Below, piece after piece: positions 18,793 to 27,514 of a stretch of DNA of 64,000 bases. Source of the stretch: an uncultured Actinomycetota bacterium. GTDB taxonomy: Bacteria > Actinomycetota > Actinomycetes > JAHEKZ01. The position numbers and the translations under genes were made by a program. The stretch lies in NCBI GenBank assembly GCA_963743915.1, contig CAVURN010000002.1:672001-736000 (forward strand), read 5' to 3'. Each line of letters begins with the position of its first letter. Positions within the stretch are counted from its first letter, which is position 1. Under the pieces are notes generated by a model that saw nothing but the letters and a program-made list of their open reading frames with translations, searched no databases and was not told the DNA's origin.

Positions 18793-19653
18793 CTACAGCA
18801 GCCCCATCATCGGATCCGGTTCGGCGAGCCGCTCGAGCACCTCGCCGATCATCAGGTGGCGAAGGTCGTCCCGCCCCAGCTCCGCCCAGCCGCGGGGCGC
18901 CGCGACGAAGGGATGTGCTCTGCCCCGCAGCGAGTAGGGCGTGATGGTGGTCTTGTTGAGGTTGTTCTGGCTCCAGTCGATGAAGACTCTTCCTCCGCGC
19001 TCGGCCCGGGCCATGGACGCCGTCGCCCGCCGAGGAAAGGCCTTCACCGCGGCGTCCGCCAGGGCTTTGGCGTACTCACTTGTGGTCCCCGACCGCTCGG
19101 AGGCGCGCCAGCGGGCGTAGACGTGGATGCCCTTGCTGCCGCTGGTGACCGGGACGCAGTCGAGTCCGTCCCCCTCCAGCTGCTCCTTCATCCAGAGCGC
19201 GATCTCCGCGCACTCGGGGAGCCCGGTCCGCGGTCCTGGATCGAGGTCCAGTACCAACCGGTCGACCCGCTGGCCCCCACCGTGCCAACGCCACTGCGGG
19301 ACGTGCAGCTCGAGCGCGTTCTGCTGGGCGAACCACGCCAACGTCGCGGCGTCGTGAGCGATCGGGTAGGTCACGGGTCCGCCGGAGTGCTCGAGGGTGA
19401 GGGTCTCGATCCAGTCGGGGGCTCCGCGGGGCATCTGCTTCTCGAAGAACCGCGCCTCGGTCACTCCTGCCGGCCACCGGATACGCGTCACTGGACGGCG
19501 CCGCAGGTGCGGCAGCATGCGCTCGGACATCTGCACGTAGTACCCGATCACAGCCGCCTTGGTGACGCCGTCCTCGGGGTAGACGACGCGGGCGGGGCTG
19601 GTGACGCGCAGGGTGCGTCCGCCCACGACGATCGAGCCCGCGTCTTCTCCCAC
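18793..19653 (-). CDS. Stand-alone LigD-type primase-polymerase domain
   Basis: RWPAG, FFEK, LDLDP, TSGSKGIH, FIDWSQN, PYSLR; no ligase or phosphoesterase domain. Confidence 0.9.
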   Translation of the reverse strand: MGEDAGSIVVGGRTLRVTSPARVVYPEDGVTKAAVIGYYVQMSERMLPHLRRRPVTRIRWPAGVTEARFFEKQMPRGAPDWIETLTLEHSGGPVTYPIAHDAATLAWFAQQNALELHVPQWRWHGGGQRVDRLVLDLDPGPRTGLPECAEIALWMKEQLEGDGLDCVPVTSGSKGIHVYARWRASERSGTTSEYAKALADAAVKAFPRRATASMARAERGGRVFIDWSQNNLNKTTITPYSLRGRAHPFVAAPRGWAELGRDDLRHLMIGEVLERLAEPDPMMGLL

Positions 19654-19719
19654 ACGGTGATTGTCTACCCGACCTGACCCCTTTGGTGGCACGCTGCGAT
19701 CGACAACCGGGAGGGCTCG

Positions 19720-19911
19720 ATGGGTAGGAACAACGGCAACAACGGGGCGGCCGCGGGTAGCGGCGCCATCTACGGCCTCGGGATCTTCGGGGCGTGGGTC
19801 TGGTTCTGGCAGCAGGCGGATGGCTTCTGGGAGTACGTGGGAGCGATCCTGCAGGGCATCGTCTGGCCGGCGTTCATGGTCTACGAAGGATTCAAGGCGC
19901 TGGCGGGCTGA
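19720..19911 (+). CDS. 63-aa small membrane protein
   Basis: Two hydrophobic/aromatic segments (YGLGIFGAWVWFW; ILQGIVWPAFMVY); GGAGG RBS. Confidence 0.75.
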   Translation: MGRNNGNNGAAAGSGAIYGLGIFGAWVWFWQQADGFWEYVGAILQGIVWPAFMVYEGFKALAG

Positions 19912-19933
19912 GCTCGCTGGGCCTCCGGTCGAG

Positions 19934-19958
19934 GTTTCCGCACCAGCGCCGGCGGGTA
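19934..19958 (+). promoter_or_regulatory. SigB/SigF-type promoter of the topoisomerase IB gene
   Basis: GTTT-N16-GGGTA. Confidence 0.6.
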
Positions 19959-20003
19959 GCACCGCACCATGAAGCGGGTCAAGCTGTGTATCGAGGCGAT
20001 CTC

Positions 20004-21008
20004 ATGCCACGGCTGAGGCGTAGCGACCCGTCAGGACAGGGATTCACCCGGCGCAAGGCAGGGCGTGGCTTCACCCTTCTCGACGAGCGCGGCGCGCGCA
20101 TCACCGACGAGGAGACCCTGCGTCGGATCAGAGCTCTGGTCATTCCACCGGCCTGGACGGATGTGTGGATCTGCCCAGCTCCGAACGGACACATCCAGGC
20201 GGTCGGGACCGATGACGCCGGACGCCGCCAGTACCTCTACCACCCCCACTGGCAGGAGGTCCGGAGCGAAGTCAAGTTCGAGCGCGCCCGCGGACTGGGC
20301 AGCTGCCTCCCCACCCTGCGCCGACGACTGCGCCAGGAGCTGGACGGATCGCACCTGAGCCAGGAGCGCGTGATGGCCTGCGCAGTCCGCCTGCTCGATC
20401 TCGGCGCCTTCCGCGTCGGCAGCGAGGCCTACGCCAAGCAGAACGCCTCGTTCGGCTTGGCCACGCTGCGCCGAGACCACGTGCACCTGGTCCGTGAGGG
20501 TGTCGCCTTCGAGTTCCCCGCCAAGTCGGGTCAGCTGGGGCAGGTGGTGGTCACCGACCCGTACATCCGCGAGATCGTGGCACGTCTGCTCAGGCGGCGC
20601 GACGACTCTCCTGACCTGCTCGCGTGGTGGGACCGCTCGCGCCGAGAGTGGGTGGACGTCAAGAGCACCCACATCAACGAGCACCTGCGCACTTTGACCC
20701 GGCAGGACCTCACGGCCAAGGACTTCCGGACCTGGCACGGCTCTGTGCTGATGGCGATGAACCTCGCCGTCCACGCCGCCCGCGGGGAGAGCCTGACGAA
20801 GCGTCGCCTGGCCGAGTCCTACCGGGAGGTGTCGCTGGAGCTGGGCAACACGCCCGCCGTGGTGCGTAGCTCGTACGTCGACCCGCGCGTCGTCGACCTC
20901 GCAGAGCGTGGACGCACCATTCCGCGATTTCGCGCGCACCGTCACGAACTGGTTCCCACGAAGGCCTCGACCTCGCTGCACGAGCTCCTGGGCGCGGAAC
21001 AGGGTTGA
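20004..21008 (+). CDS. DNA topoisomerase IB (poxvirus-like)
   Basis: IPPAWTDVWIC, GRRQYLYH, FRVG, AKSG, AKDFRTW, LGNT and catalytic SYVDP. Confidence 0.92.
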   Translation: MPRLRRSDPSGQGFTRRKAGRGFTLLDERGARITDEETLRRIRALVIPPAWTDVWICPAPNGHIQAVGTDDAGRRQYLYHPHWQEVRSEVKFERARGLGSCLPTLRRRLRQELDGSHLSQERVMACAVRLLDLGAFRVGSEAYAKQNASFGLATLRRDHVHLVREGVAFEFPAKSGQLGQVVVTDPYIREIVARLLRRRDDSPDLLAWWDRSRREWVDVKSTHINEHLRTLTRQDLTAKDFRTWHGSVLMAMNLAVHAARGESLTKRRLAESYREVSLELGNTPAVVRSSYVDPRVVDLAERGRTIPRFRAHRHELVPTKASTSLHELLGAEQG

Positions 21009-21027
21009 GCCACCGAACGTCGGGTAT
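21003..21027 (+). promoter_or_regulatory. SigB/SigF-type promoter of the CBS gene
   Basis: GGTT-N15-GGGTAT. Confidence 0.5.
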
Positions 21028-21058
21028 CCCGGACCTGTCCCGACGAGAGGAAGACGAC

Positions 21059-21472
21059 ATGACCCAGATCAGTGCGGTAATGACCGGCCCCGTGGTGACG
21101 GTGGCACCGGAGACCTCCACGGTCGAGGCCGCCCGGCAGATGGCGGAAAGTGACACCGGCGACGTGGTCATCACCGAGAACGGCCGCCTGTATGGCATCT
21201 TGACCGATCGTGACATCGCGATCCGCGTCGTGGCTGAGGGTCTCGACCCGGACATCCCCGTGAGCGAGGTGTGCTCCGGGAACCCTGTGACGGTCACGCC
21301 TGACGATGAGTTGACCACCGCGTCCCAGCTGATGCGTGAACACTCCATCCGTCGGCTGCCGGTGTGCGAAGGCAGTGAGGTCGTCGGCTTCATCAGCCTT
21401 GGTGACCTGTCTCAGTTCAGCGACGCGGACGCGACCTTGTCGGACATCAGCTCCGCACCCGCCCAGCGCTGA
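21059..21472 (+). CDS. CBS-pair domain protein
   Basis: GILTDRDI, IRRLPV and GFISLGD motifs; GAGGA RBS. Confidence 0.9.
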   Translation: MTQISAVMTGPVVTVAPETSTVEAARQMAESDTGDVVITENGRLYGILTDRDIAIRVVAEGLDPDIPVSEVCSGNPVTVTPDDELTTASQLMREHSIRRLPVCEGSEVVGFISLGDLSQFSDADATLSDISSAPAQR

Positions 21473-21497
21473 AGGATCGCCCTACCGAGAGGCAGCC

Positions 21498-21671
21498 ATG
21501 GAGAAACCAGGCGAACGTCACCAAGACCCCGCCGACCGCGCCGAGTCCCACATGGTCCAGCGCTCGGACGCCGCCGGCGTCCCACGCTCCAACCGTGCCG
21601 GCAACGCGGGAGGAACCATGAGCGAGACGAGCAGGTCGCGCGATCCCGACCTTGATGACGAGGTCGGGTGA
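21498..21671 (+). CDS. 57-aa hydrophilic hypothetical protein
   Basis: GAGAGG RBS and ATG directly after the CBS gene; composition suggests disorder. Confidence 0.4.
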   Translation: MEKPGERHQDPADRAESHMVQRSDAAGVPRSNRAGNAGGTMSETSRSRDPDLDDEVG

Positions 21672-21675
21672 TCCG

Positions 21676-21930
21676 TCACCGCCGTAGCGCCCGCTGCATC
21701 TCCTTCTCCACGTCGGCCTCGGTGATGGGCTTGCGGCCGTAGACGTCCCACGCGTTCAGCACCAAGCCGATGCCCCATCCGGCCATCACCCAGCCGGGCC
21801 AGAAGTAGCCGGCTCCGCTGAGCAGCCAGGTGGCGACCAGGAAGCTGTTGATCACGAGGTAGACGATCAGGTGCGCGGTGGAGTCTCTCTTGGCCTTGAC
21901 GCGCTTGAGGGCCAGGGGCAGATCCAGAGG
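21676..21930 (-). CDS. 2TM-domain protein with no canonical start (5'-truncated or CTG start)
   Basis: Read manually: LKRVKAKRDSTAHLIVYLVINSFLVATWLLSGAGYFWPGWVMAGWGIGLVLNAWDVYGRKPITEADVEKEMQR; absent from the ORF track. Confidence 0.7.
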   Translation of the reverse strand, partial: PLDLPLALKRVKAKRDSTAHLIVYLVINSFLVATWLLSGAGYFWPGWVMAGWGIGLVLNAWDVYGRKPITEADVEKEMQRALRR

Positions 21931-21941
21931 TCCTGTGAGTG

Positions 21942-23321
21942 TCAGATCAGACGGGCGAGCAGCTGCTCGTAGGCGGGGAACAGCGCCTCACTGACGGCTG
22001 GAAAAGGCTGCACGGTGTCCACCAGCGTCGCCACTGGCACCTTCGCCCGGATCGCGAGCGTGACCTGCGAGATCCACTCATCAGCCCGGGGACCGATCGC
22101 TGAGGCGCTGATCAGCGTTCCGGTATCGGCGTCGGCGTTCATCACCAGAACGCCGGACTCGGACTCCAACCAGGCTCGGGCGGTGCCACCCACGTCTACC
22201 GTCACGCTGACGACGCTCCGGCCGTCCCGTCGTGCTTGGTCGGCGGAAGGACCGACGCCCGCCACTGGAGGGTCGATGAAGACACCGCGTGGGATGGCCG
22301 TGACGTCCATGCGCGCATCGCCCCCCAGGATGTTGGTGGCGATGATGCGTCCGGCGTAGTTGGCCATGTGCGTGAAGGGCAGGCGTCCGGTCACGTCCCC
22401 TGCGGCATAGACGCCAGGCAGACCGGGGATCTGTCCGTCGTCCTGGACCGGGATGGCGCCCGACGACACGTCCACGTCGAGGTGCTCGAGGCCGTACCCC
22501 TTCAGGCGTGGACGCCGCCCGGTGGCTACCAGCAACCGATCGCCGGTGATCTCGGTGCCGTCCTCGAGGTGCAGGACGGGCCGCCCACCTCTCTGCGAGA
22601 CGCGATTGACCGCGACTCCGACGCTGACGCGCACGTCTGTCTCGGCCAACACGCCGGCAACCGCCGCCGACACCTCAGGCTCCTCGCCGGGCAGCAACCG
22701 GTCGAGGGCTTCGACGACGGTGACGGCCGCACCGAACGTGGAGTACACCTGGGCGAGCTCGACGCCGATCGCGCCACCACCGAGGATCACCAGAGACACC
22801 GGCAGCTCATCACTCGTGAGCGCGTCCTCGCTCGTCCAGGGCTTGGCGTCAGCGAGGCCGGGGATGGGGGGTAGCGCCGCATCGGCACCGACGCAGATGA
22901 GCAGCTTGTCGTAGGTCAGCTCGCTCCCACCGACCGCGACCTCTCCTGGAGCCACGATGGTGCCTTCGCCGCGGACGATGTGGACGCCGGCCTGCTCCAG
23001 CCGGCGCACTGCTCCGGAGTCGTCCAGGTGCTCAGCGCGCTCGTCCCGCAGGCGAACGGCCCGCGCCCACGCTGCGCGGGCGTCACCGAGGTCGAGCGGC
23101 ACATCAACCGCTCCCAGGCGATGAGCCAGCGCCGCCTGTCGGCGGCGCGACGCAGCGATCAACAGCGCCTTGCTGGGGACACACCCCCAGTAGGGGCACT
23201 CGCCTCCGACCAGCCGCGACTCGATCAGTGCGACCCGGAGGCCACCCCTGGCGACCCGCTCCGCCACTGTCTCCCCGGCCGAGCCTCCTCCGAGAACGAC
23301 GAGGTCGTACGCGTCCGTCAT
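21942..23321 (-). CDS. Pyridine nucleotide-disulfide oxidoreductase (LpdA/MerA-like family)
   Basis: GGGSAG, redox GGECPYWGCVPSK, GGGAIG and AAGD motifs; no C-terminal CC. Confidence 0.88.
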   Translation of the reverse strand: MTDAYDLVVLGGGSAGETVAERVARGGLRVALIESRLVGGECPYWGCVPSKALLIAASRRRQAALAHRLGAVDVPLDLGDARAAWARAVRLRDERAEHLDDSGAVRRLEQAGVHIVRGEGTIVAPGEVAVGGSELTYDKLLICVGADAALPPIPGLADAKPWTSEDALTSDELPVSLVILGGGAIGVELAQVYSTFGAAVTVVEALDRLLPGEEPEVSAAVAGVLAETDVRVSVGVAVNRVSQRGGRPVLHLEDGTEITGDRLLVATGRRPRLKGYGLEHLDVDVSSGAIPVQDDGQIPGLPGVYAAGDVTGRLPFTHMANYAGRIIATNILGGDARMDVTAIPRGVFIDPPVAGVGPSADQARRDGRSVVSVTVDVGGTARAWLESESGVLVMNADADTGTLISASAIGPRADEWISQVTLAIRAKVPVATLVDTVQPFPAVSEALFPAYEQLLARLI

Positions 23322-23550
23322 CCATGCCGCCTTCCTGAGGGTCCAAGGACCGCTTGGATTCTCGTCCGAAACCTCAGGTTCAGCCAGATGCCCGTTCAGC
23401 CGTGAACGCAGCAGCCAAGCAGAGGCCACCCGGCGAACACTCATGGACATTTGGCGGTAAATCGGTCGAGCCCCTGACGACGCCGGACCGGGGAAGGTAC
23501 CGTCGGGGGAAGGCGCCGGTGAAGGCCGGCTGAGGCGGGGAACACATTTC

Positions 23551-25419
23551 ATGGGAAATCACGTACATCAGGACGCGGCGAGAGAGATCTCTCGCCGTTC
23601 GTTCCTGGCCGGAAGCGCGAGCATCGTGGCGCTGGGCGCCTCGGCCGGCGTCCTCCGTCCGCAGACGGCGTTCGCGGCCACTTCCGCCCTCGCCTCTCCC
23701 CTGTCGACGGTGTCGATGGCCATGCACCTGCACGCCTCGTTCAGCGAGGGCATCGGCTCCATGGGCGGGCACCTCTCCCAGGCTGTCGCCACCGGCGTCG
23801 ACGTCGTCTGGTGGACCGAGCACGACTGGCGCATGCAGAGCCGAGGGTTCGTCACCTCCATCGGTTTCGACGGCCTGAGCGAGACGCGTGCCGGCCAGCC
23901 GAAGGTGACGCTGAAGACGGAGAACTCCGGCAGTCTGTCAGCGTTCTCCGGGTCCTTCGTGTCGAGTCCCGTGTCCGGCAACGACCCTGGTCGGGCGAGT
24001 GCGCTGCGGATCACCGCCACCTCGTCGGGCACGGCTCGCGCGTCACGCCGCTACACCTTCGCGGCCAACAACAAGCGCCTGGTGGGCAATCTCGACGGGA
24101 CGACGCTGCAGCTGGACGTGCTCTGCCTGAAGACCGGGGCCAACGCCTGGGCCGAGCTGCGGATCAGGACGTCCTACCTGCCGGCCACGAACGGCCGCTC
24201 GGAGGGCCAGTACGAGATCGTCTACCTGATCGGCGGCAACGAGCCGGACGGCACGATCACCACGTCCGGTCGCAACGCCACCATGTTCCGGTCGGCTCCG
24301 GCGGGCCAGTGGGCCACGCTCACCTTCGATCCCGTCGCCGATCTCAACCGGGCCTTCAGCGGGATCGACTTCCGCGACTCTGCAGGCGTCGTGCTCCAGG
24401 TGGGTGCTGCCAGCAGCAACCGCGTGCAGGCGGAGGCGGTCTTCGACTACCTGCGGATCAACCGCGTGCGCAAGTCCGGGAACCAGCCTCTCGCCGTCCA
24501 ACGAGAGCTCATGGACAGCTACGCCGTGCGGTACCCCGGCGTGCTGCAGATGCCGGGGCTGGAGATCTCGTCAAAGTCTCCGCATGTCAATGGGTTCGGC
24601 TCGAACCTCAACATCCCGGCGGAGGGCACCGCCGCCGCCACAGACCCTGCTGCGATGGTGGCGGCCGTGCACTCGGTCGACGGTGTCGCTTCGTACAACC
24701 ACCCGTTCGGTACGTCCGGGCCCAACCGTTCCACCACCGAGCAGGACGCCCAGCGGCGCAAGGTCGCGACGGCCATGCTCAACCAGGACTTCTACGCAGC
24801 GGACGTCCTCGAGGTCGGCTTCCCAGGCGGGAAGGCCGGTATGTCGGCCGCCCAGTACTACGCACTCTGGGACACCCTGTCGCGCAACCTGCTGTTCGCC
24901 ACCGGCGTCGGCACCAGCGACAACCACACCGGACGTTCCTGGGCCACCCAGCAGTGGAACCACGTCACCAGGGTCTGGGCCGACTTGAACGAGGCCTCCA
25001 TGCTCGACGGCCTGCGCGGTGGCCGCGCCTGGTTCGGCCCACCCACCGGCTACCCCGGTGACCTCGACCTCGAGGCGGACGACGGCGCTCCCATGGGCTC
25101 GGTCAGCGTCTCCACCGCCAATCAGCGGACGGTGCGGGTTCTGGCGGACGCCGTCCCGAACGGCGGGTCTGTGACCGTCGTCCGCGGGGCCGTCGACTCC
25201 GCCGGGACGTCGGACCCCAACCCCTCTGTCACGCGTCAGCAGTACTCCGCTTCGGCTGTGCAGAACGGTGAGCTGGCCATCCAGGTGGACACCTCCTCGC
25301 CGGCCTTCGTGCGCGTCGAGGTCGCCAACTCCTCCGGGACCCAGGTCGCCTGCTCGAACCCGATCTGGCTGCTCCGCGACCTGCCGAACGGCGTGCCCGC
25401 TCCTCGCTCCCCCGCCTGA
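23551..25419 (+). CDS. Tat-exported PHP-like (CehA/McbA-type) metallohydrolase
   Basis: SRRSFL Tat motif; HLH, TEHD, HVNG, NHP, SDNH; C-terminal VRVEV…SNPIW. Confidence 0.75.
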   Translation: MGNHVHQDAAREISRRSFLAGSASIVALGASAGVLRPQTAFAATSALASPLSTVSMAMHLHASFSEGIGSMGGHLSQAVATGVDVVWWTEHDWRMQSRGFVTSIGFDGLSETRAGQPKVTLKTENSGSLSAFSGSFVSSPVSGNDPGRASALRITATSSGTARASRRYTFAANNKRLVGNLDGTTLQLDVLCLKTGANAWAELRIRTSYLPATNGRSEGQYEIVYLIGGNEPDGTITTSGRNATMFRSAPAGQWATLTFDPVADLNRAFSGIDFRDSAGVVLQVGAASSNRVQAEAVFDYLRINRVRKSGNQPLAVQRELMDSYAVRYPGVLQMPGLEISSKSPHVNGFGSNLNIPAEGTAAATDPAAMVAAVHSVDGVASYNHPFGTSGPNRSTTEQDAQRRKVATAMLNQDFYAADVLEVGFPGGKAGMSAAQYYALWDTLSRNLLFATGVGTSDNHTGRSWATQQWNHVTRVWADLNEASMLDGLRGGRAWFGPPTGYPGDLDLEADDGAPMGSVSVSTANQRTVRVLADAVPNGGSVTVVRGAVDSAGTSDPNPSVTRQQYSASAVQNGELAIQVDTSSPAFVRVEVANSSGTQVACSNPIWLLRDLPNGVPAPRSPA

Positions 25420-25499
25420 CCAGCGGCGGGCTCACCCGCCCTCAAGGTCCTCGGCCGCCCTGACGATACGTCAGCAAGATAATCGGCCGAAGGAGTGAA

Positions 25500-25982
25500 A
25501 TGGCGTCCAGTGGCGACCGCCCCGTCGGAACGCCAAGCTCGCGCCCAGCCGGAGTTCGGCTCGGTGAGGGGCTCCTGCACGTGCTCCGGTCGGCCACCCA
25601 TGGTCAGCCGCCCAGCGCTGACGACCAGAGCGACGGCAGTGCGGTGCCTCCGGGAGCTCCCCAGGCCCCCGAAGCCGCGTCCTACTCCGAGGCACATGCG
25701 GAGCGCGATGCGACCGTAGCCATCCGCTACCTGGTCGCCGCGGTGGTCGTCTCGACCCTCGCGACCTGCCTCGGTCTGGCAGCCCCCTCTGGCAAGGGTG
25801 GCGTGCTGTGGGTCGGCGGCTTCGTCGTGACGGTGCTGCTGGGAGTGCTGGGATGGCAAGCAGCGATGCGTGCCCAGCACCTGGCCTACGCCATTCCCCG
25901 TGACCTGATGACGAAGGTGCTGACGTTGCTGGGGCTGTCGGTGCTCATGATGGTGCCGTACGTGCTGTCCGTCCTGAACTAG
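25500..25982 (+). CDS. Hypothetical membrane protein
   Basis: AAGGAG RBS; disordered N-terminus followed by three TM segments. Confidence 0.55.
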   Translation: MASSGDRPVGTPSSRPAGVRLGEGLLHVLRSATHGQPPSADDQSDGSAVPPGAPQAPEAASYSEAHAERDATVAIRYLVAAVVVSTLATCLGLAAPSGKGGVLWVGGFVVTVLLGVLGWQAAMRAQHLAYAIPRDLMTKVLTLLGLSVLMMVPYVLSVLN

Positions 25983-27343
25983 CCACCGCTCCAGGGTTTC
26001 TCAATGCGCACCCAGTCGATGTCACCGTTGAAGTAGTCGCACGTCGTGGATGCCCTGGCGGGGTCGCACCGCAGCTTGCCGCCGATGGACAACGGCCACT
26101 TGTTGTCGATCCGTCCGATGCTGCCCTTGATACACCGGCTCATCGCAGAAGGCGTGCCCTCGTCGAGGTAGACGCAGACGTTGGTCAGGTTCCTGACACA
26201 GCGCAGCGTGTGCCACTGACCGTCATCGACCTTCGCATCGGGATTCGGCGACTTGTTGAAGCCGATCGCCTTGGTGTTGTGGTTCTCGTCCCGGTAGTGG
26301 CACCGCGGCCATCCGGTGTGGACCACCAGCTTCCAGTAGCCGCCGCGGTCCTCCGACTGGCCCTTCTGCAGGATGTTGGGCCGCGATCCGTTCGTCTTGA
26401 ATCGAACGGCCACCGAGTAGGTGCCGGTTCCTGGGTCCAGCATCGGGGTGTCGTCGACCAGCGCCAGACGCTCACGGTTCTGCACGTTCGACGGACCGTC
26501 GAAGTGGTACCCCTTGCCGGTGGGCGTCGGCCAGTTGATGCGTACCGAGCTGCCGATGTACCCATTCAGGCCGTTGCCGGAGGAGTCCACCATGGTCTGC
26601 CCGGACGTCTCGTTCATCTGCCAGTCGCCCACCACCACGGGCCCGACGGGCTGCAGGTCGATCTTTGCGCGTACCGGTTCGATGATCGTGCGATCGTCGC
26701 AGCGACGGATCAGCGTGCGGAGTGTCGACCGCTCGTCCGGATCCACCTGGAGGTCCCACCGGTACTTCACTGCTGCGTACTGCTTCGCGTAGTTGCATTG
26801 GAACTGCCTCCGGGGCAGCCACTCGGTGGGTTCCCCCCCGGCCCTGGCGGTCTGGCTCTTCCTGCTCACCGCGTTCAGAGAGAACCGGTAGCCCAGGTCG
26901 TTGGCAAAGCGGTCGCGCGTTCCCGAGGTCCACAGCTTGGCGCCGGAGCTCCACGCTTCGGCCAACGAGACGAGGGGGTCGATCCCCATGTCCCGCGCGC
27001 GTGTGAGGCGCTGACCGTCGTAGCGCGACAGCCACGTACCCCGGCGGACTCGACAGCCCTCCGAGGTGACCACCGGCCCCTTGGACTCGGAGATGAGGAC
27101 CTCTGCACGCGTGTTGCAGCCATCACCGTCCCGGTCCAGCCACGCGGCAAACTCACTCCGGACAAAACCGTCACCGTCCTCGGTACCGGTCTCGAGCTGC
27201 CCCAGCAGCTCAAGGGCATCCACCTTCACATTCCCTGCCCGCTGATCGGCGGCATCTACGGACGCAGGCGCTGCCGCCACGAGCAGGCCGACAACAATCC
27301 CTGCAGCGGCGATCGACCGCACAGTTCCCACGAATCCCCCCAC
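25979..27343 (-). CDS. Secreted DUF1524/HNH-like domain (degenerate) fused to a LamG/concanavalin-like domain
   Basis: Signal peptide; DGDGCNTRAEVL, LAEAWSSGA, FAND, EWLP, VKYRW; then WQMNE..DSSGNG, DGQWH, YFNGDID. Confidence 0.8.
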   Translation of the reverse strand: MGGFVGTVRSIAAAGIVVGLLVAAAPASVDAADQRAGNVKVDALELLGQLETGTEDGDGFVRSEFAAWLDRDGDGCNTRAEVLISESKGPVVTSEGCRVRRGTWLSRYDGQRLTRARDMGIDPLVSLAEAWSSGAKLWTSGTRDRFANDLGYRFSLNAVSRKSQTARAGGEPTEWLPRRQFQCNYAKQYAAVKYRWDLQVDPDERSTLRTLIRRCDDRTIIEPVRAKIDLQPVGPVVVGDWQMNETSGQTMVDSSGNGLNGYIGSSVRINWPTPTGKGYHFDGPSNVQNRERLALVDDTPMLDPGTGTYSVAVRFKTNGSRPNILQKGQSEDRGGYWKLVVHTGWPRCHYRDENHNTKAIGFNKSPNPDAKVDDGQWHTLRCVRNLTNVCVYLDEGTPSAMSRCIKGSIGRIDNKWPLSIGGKLRCDPARASTTCDYFNGDIDWVRIEKPWSGG

Positions 27344-27410
27344 ATGACAATGACTGTTCAACGCGCATCACCCTAGGTCGACATCGACTGACGCGTGGAG
27401 AGACGACGAA

Positions 27411-27432
27411 ATTGTGACGCGCTAGTCACAAT
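27411..27432. promoter_or_regulatory. Palindromic operator candidate
   Basis: Perfect ATTGTGAC-N6-GTCACAAT between divergent genes. Confidence 0.5.
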
Positions 27433-27514
27433 CGGAGGAGGGACCTGGGCCCGAGTGCCGCAGAACACATTCCGTGACAGGTGTAGGTCGCTCGGTCATG
27501 GGAATGTGTTCCGC

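Noticed and set aside
19661-19692. Stress promoter for the primase-polymerase gene
   Set aside because: A GGGTA -10 box is present on the minus strand but there is no acceptable -35 at 15-16 nt spacing, so it was not counted.
21942-23321. Mercuric reductase MerA partnering the MerB-like gene
   Set aside because: No C-terminal Cys-Cys pair or NmerA domain, no mer genes nearby, and it is 21 kb from the MerB-like gene.
27411-27432. CRP or Rex binding site
   Set aside because: TGTGA and TCACA are 8 nt apart rather than 6, and the palindrome is 2 nt longer than the Rex consensus.
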